From the NCBI GenBank assembly GCA_028279045.1, contig JANQSZ010000027.1, forward strand, positions 1 through 60,457: 60,457 bases of DNA, in the 5' to 3' direction. Both the position numbers and the translations under genes were made by a program. Of the stretch, positions 59,701 through 60,457 are shown piece by piece (position 1 is the first letter of the stretch; every line of letters starts with the position of its first letter). The DNA is from Candidatus Nanoarchaeia archaeon (GTDB lineage Archaea > Nanobdellota > Nanobdellia > Woesearchaeales > UBA10216). The notes under the pieces were generated by a model. It ran no database searches, had not been told where the DNA came from, and saw nothing but the letters and a program-made list of their open reading frames with translations.

Positions 59701-59760
59701 ATCACCGCTTCTCTTCCGTATGCGGGTTACTCTATTTGTCTCTACTTCTGTATATGCCAT
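56755..59760 (-). CDS. nrdJ: Class II (adenosylcobalamin) ribonucleotide reductase, long form with the full catalytic signature
   Basis: 1001 aa. ATP-cone (VTRIRKRSGDEVDFDTAKI), LANCFV, STNPCGEVPLEDGGACNLGSLNL, and a C-terminal finger CPECG...CHTC...C. Confidence 0.9.
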   Translation of the reverse strand: MAYTEVETNRVTRIRKRSGDEVDFDTAKISAVIFKAAMASGGTNRELADQLAGQVVARASEKFANAAPTVEDIQDLVEEILIKNGHDKTAKSFILYRAKRAELREQAAKSSREDDKETAALMNMFAHKSKLASLMGYDRIEAYKNMLFYLKEQQKAGKLPVHPEGNYLQGNELATNIYKKKYFLKDLTNELIETQPEQMFTRLAAFVAAVETTEEKQKEWAEKFYTELFQGHFLPGGRVIAGAGDLYRLKTLANCFVSVIANDDIESIYKAAYECARTYSYGGGIGVDISSLRPKGSIVHNAADNSTGAVSFMEIYSLTTGLIGQSGRRGALMLTVDVKHPDSPLFMKAKKDSNWVTSQIKEQCSWSGEFNENQLRIIEKQVRENTQVRFANISLKVTDEFMQAVEEQVRHGADKILVYKKDPEVNTLSAPQTGNVHYSYGIPERPIDKYEEVGVFDSLQAANAFLTSHNAQTIAEEEFDKEAKRDIFADYVVSGDAEYAVRRAGDYMLYYNTSNTGEIRQMVKARTLWNDFVEGNYQTAEPGLIFWSTMTKYSPSNYVGRPIASTNPCGEVPLEDGGACNLGSLNLSRFVKNGYGENAQVDWQGLDESARILTRFLDNVVIWNETLNALDKQRVAAGETRRLGLGVMGIADMLNQIGKGYDSDEGMEVIGRVMKEIADSSYQASADLAAEKGSSPIFDYDKYKEGAFFVESLSDETKEQIKQKGLRNIAVLSIAPTGTISNIILGYVSGNKYYVGVSGGVEPIFSLYYTRRSESFGNKLFKVFHNTVNAYIEEKGLKDAVEKCENEDELREILPAHFFRTAHHVDPERRVEIQGVCQKYVDHSISSTVNMAEDIEPEVISKIYLEAWKKGLKGITIYRDGSRYPILSVEGKKTQFQELKDKTFTIEMNGETMEVHGDSVLTMPDGSLTTVYHAIKNGVVSEQAGMLNMQKQEKEAVQEADIEAAGMQLSACPECGKQTLKLENGCHTCMDENCGFSKCDI

Positions 59761-59851
59761 TCCGTTTCATCCCTCTTATTCATTTGCTCACCGCAGAAGA
59801 ATCCAATGTCGCTTGCAGTGAAAATCATAGTAAACCTCGGTTGGTAGCAAT

Positions 59852-59867
59852 CTACCATATCTTGTGC
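59852..59867. promoter_or_regulatory. NrdR-box-like palindrome A (CTACCATATCTTGTGC)
   Basis: It matches the bacterial NrdR-box consensus acaCwAnATnTwGtgt in the whole right half and most of the left half. It lies 32 bp centre-to-centre from box B. Confidence 0.55.
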
Positions 59868-59883
59868 CTAGCGATTTAAGCCA

Positions 59884-59899
59884 GCACAACATCTTGTGT
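59884..59899. promoter_or_regulatory. NrdR-box-like palindrome B (GCACAACATCTTGTGT)
   Basis: It matches every conserved position of the consensus acaCwAnATnTwGtgt. It sits about 20-30 nt downstream (minus strand) of the TATA at 59917-59926, over the predicted transcription start of the nrd operon. Confidence 0.65.
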
Positions 59900-59916
59900 T
59901 TTCCAGGATTTCCTGC

Positions 59917-59926
59917 TATATAAATA
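59917..59926. promoter_or_regulatory. TATA element (TATATAAATA) in the divergent nrdJ / response-regulator intergenic region
   Basis: This is the only strong TATA-like tract between 59761 and 59973, and it could fire in either direction. Confidence 0.4.
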
Positions 59927-60018
59927 TTATGGCACTTTAACATATCAATTTAATCTTCAATGTTCCACAAGCTATGCCAATCACAATGTTTTTAATGCTG
60001 AAAATAGTCACGCCTTCT

Positions 60019-60387
60019 ATGACAAAAAAGCGGGTGCTTATTGTTGAAGATGAAGAGAACATAGCCAAGGCTGAAGGCATTATTTTGGGTACCGACTTTG
60101 ACATCCACTATGCCAAAGATGGCAACGAAGCTATCGACAAAGCCAAGGAGATCACTCCCCACCTTGTAATCCTGGATCTCATGCTTCCAGAGCGAGGCGG
60201 CTATGATGTGTGCTTCCATCTTCGCCAGAACCAACAGTTCAAGGACACCAAGATTATCATGGTGACCGCAAAGAACACTAAGTTGGATGAGGACAAAGGC
60301 ATGTTCATTGGCGCGGACGATTATCTGACCAAGCCATTCGAGCCATCAGAGCTCCGCTATATCGTGCAGCAGAACATGGGTGGCTAG
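60019..60387 (+). CDS. Stand-alone response-regulator receiver domain (CheY-like)
   Basis: MTKKRVLIVEDEE...LVILDLMLP...IIMVTAK...DDYLTKPF. The start is taken at the Met just before the receiver fold, though the ORF-track ATG at 59974 is also possible. Confidence 0.85.
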   Translation: MTKKRVLIVEDEENIAKAEGIILGTDFDIHYAKDGNEAIDKAKEITPHLVILDLMLPERGGYDVCFHLRQNQQFKDTKIIMVTAKNTKLDEDKGMFIGADDYLTKPFEPSELRYIVQQNMGG

Positions 60388-60457
60388 TATGCTCCCTTCA
60401 TTTGTGCACAATTTCTTCTTTTTTCTTGGAACCGGCCAGGGAGAGTTCTTCAAGATA

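Noticed and set aside
56755-59760. Possible intein or mobile insertion explaining the 1001-aa length of the long NrdJ
   Set aside because: I see no intein blocks: no Cys/Ser-initiated splicing domain with a TxxH block, no terminal HN followed by C/S/T, and no LAGLIDADG motif. The extra length is spread over an N-terminal helical segment, an internal insertion before the NPCGE loop and an extra domain before the C-terminal Cys finger.
59761-59851. Possible cobalamin riboswitch in the nrdJ leader, since the operon is B12-dependent
   Set aside because: No B12-box-like sequence or multi-stem architecture is visible. I see only a short TGGTAG-caat-CTACCA hairpin (59842-59857) that overlaps NrdR box A. 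Cobalamin riboswitches are also not established in archaea.
1-60457. Search for tRNA, rRNA, CRISPR arrays, integrases, transposases and prophage-like blocks
   Set aside because: All intergenic gaps are under ~440 nt. None shows tRNA-like T-arm/acceptor features or direct repeats with spacers. No ORF has integrase or transposase motifs. This was an eye scan only, so tRNAscan/Infernal and a CRISPR finder should confirm it.

Overview
This is a densely packed, moderately AT-rich chromosomal segment from a small-genome archaeon. Gene content and order suggest a DPANN-type lineage, but I cannot name the organism from sequence alone. I call about 75 protein genes. I found no rRNA or tRNA genes, no CRISPR array, no integrase or transposase, and no obvious mobile element. 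The archaeal assignment rests on a histone, Hjc, the tRNA-splicing endonuclease, FEN1, PAN, RFC small subunit, pelota, TFE, Hef, a PriS-type primase, and a 27-gene ribosomal-protein/SecY cluster (25063-39539, minus strand) containing the archaeal/eukaryotic-only proteins eL14, eL34, eL19, eL32 and eS4 plus SUI1 and RNase P Rpp29. Four things stand out. (1) A four-gene envelope operon (14346-19946, minus strand) encodes two paralogous Cys-rich lipoproteins, an 822-aa polytopic membrane protein ending in a complete SLT-type lytic-transglycosylase domain, and a membrane-anchored protein with a pilin-like N-terminus. This is my best candidate for an undescribed system, possibly for host contact or bacterial cell-wall breaching. 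(2) A seven-gene deoxynucleotide operon (51472-59760, minus strand) carries a bacterial-type NrdR repressor and two tandem NrdR-box-like palindromes over its promoter. It also holds two adjacent class II RNR paralogues, one of which has lost two catalytic residues. (3) Lys/Ala/Glu/Pro-rich C-terminal tails are present on four ribosomal proteins, and one tail overlaps pheT antisense by 89 nt. (4) The primase is a PriS/PriL-CTD fusion. Genome compaction is extreme, with several convergent gene pairs sharing or abutting stop codons. All functional calls are motif recognition by eye, since no database search was possible.
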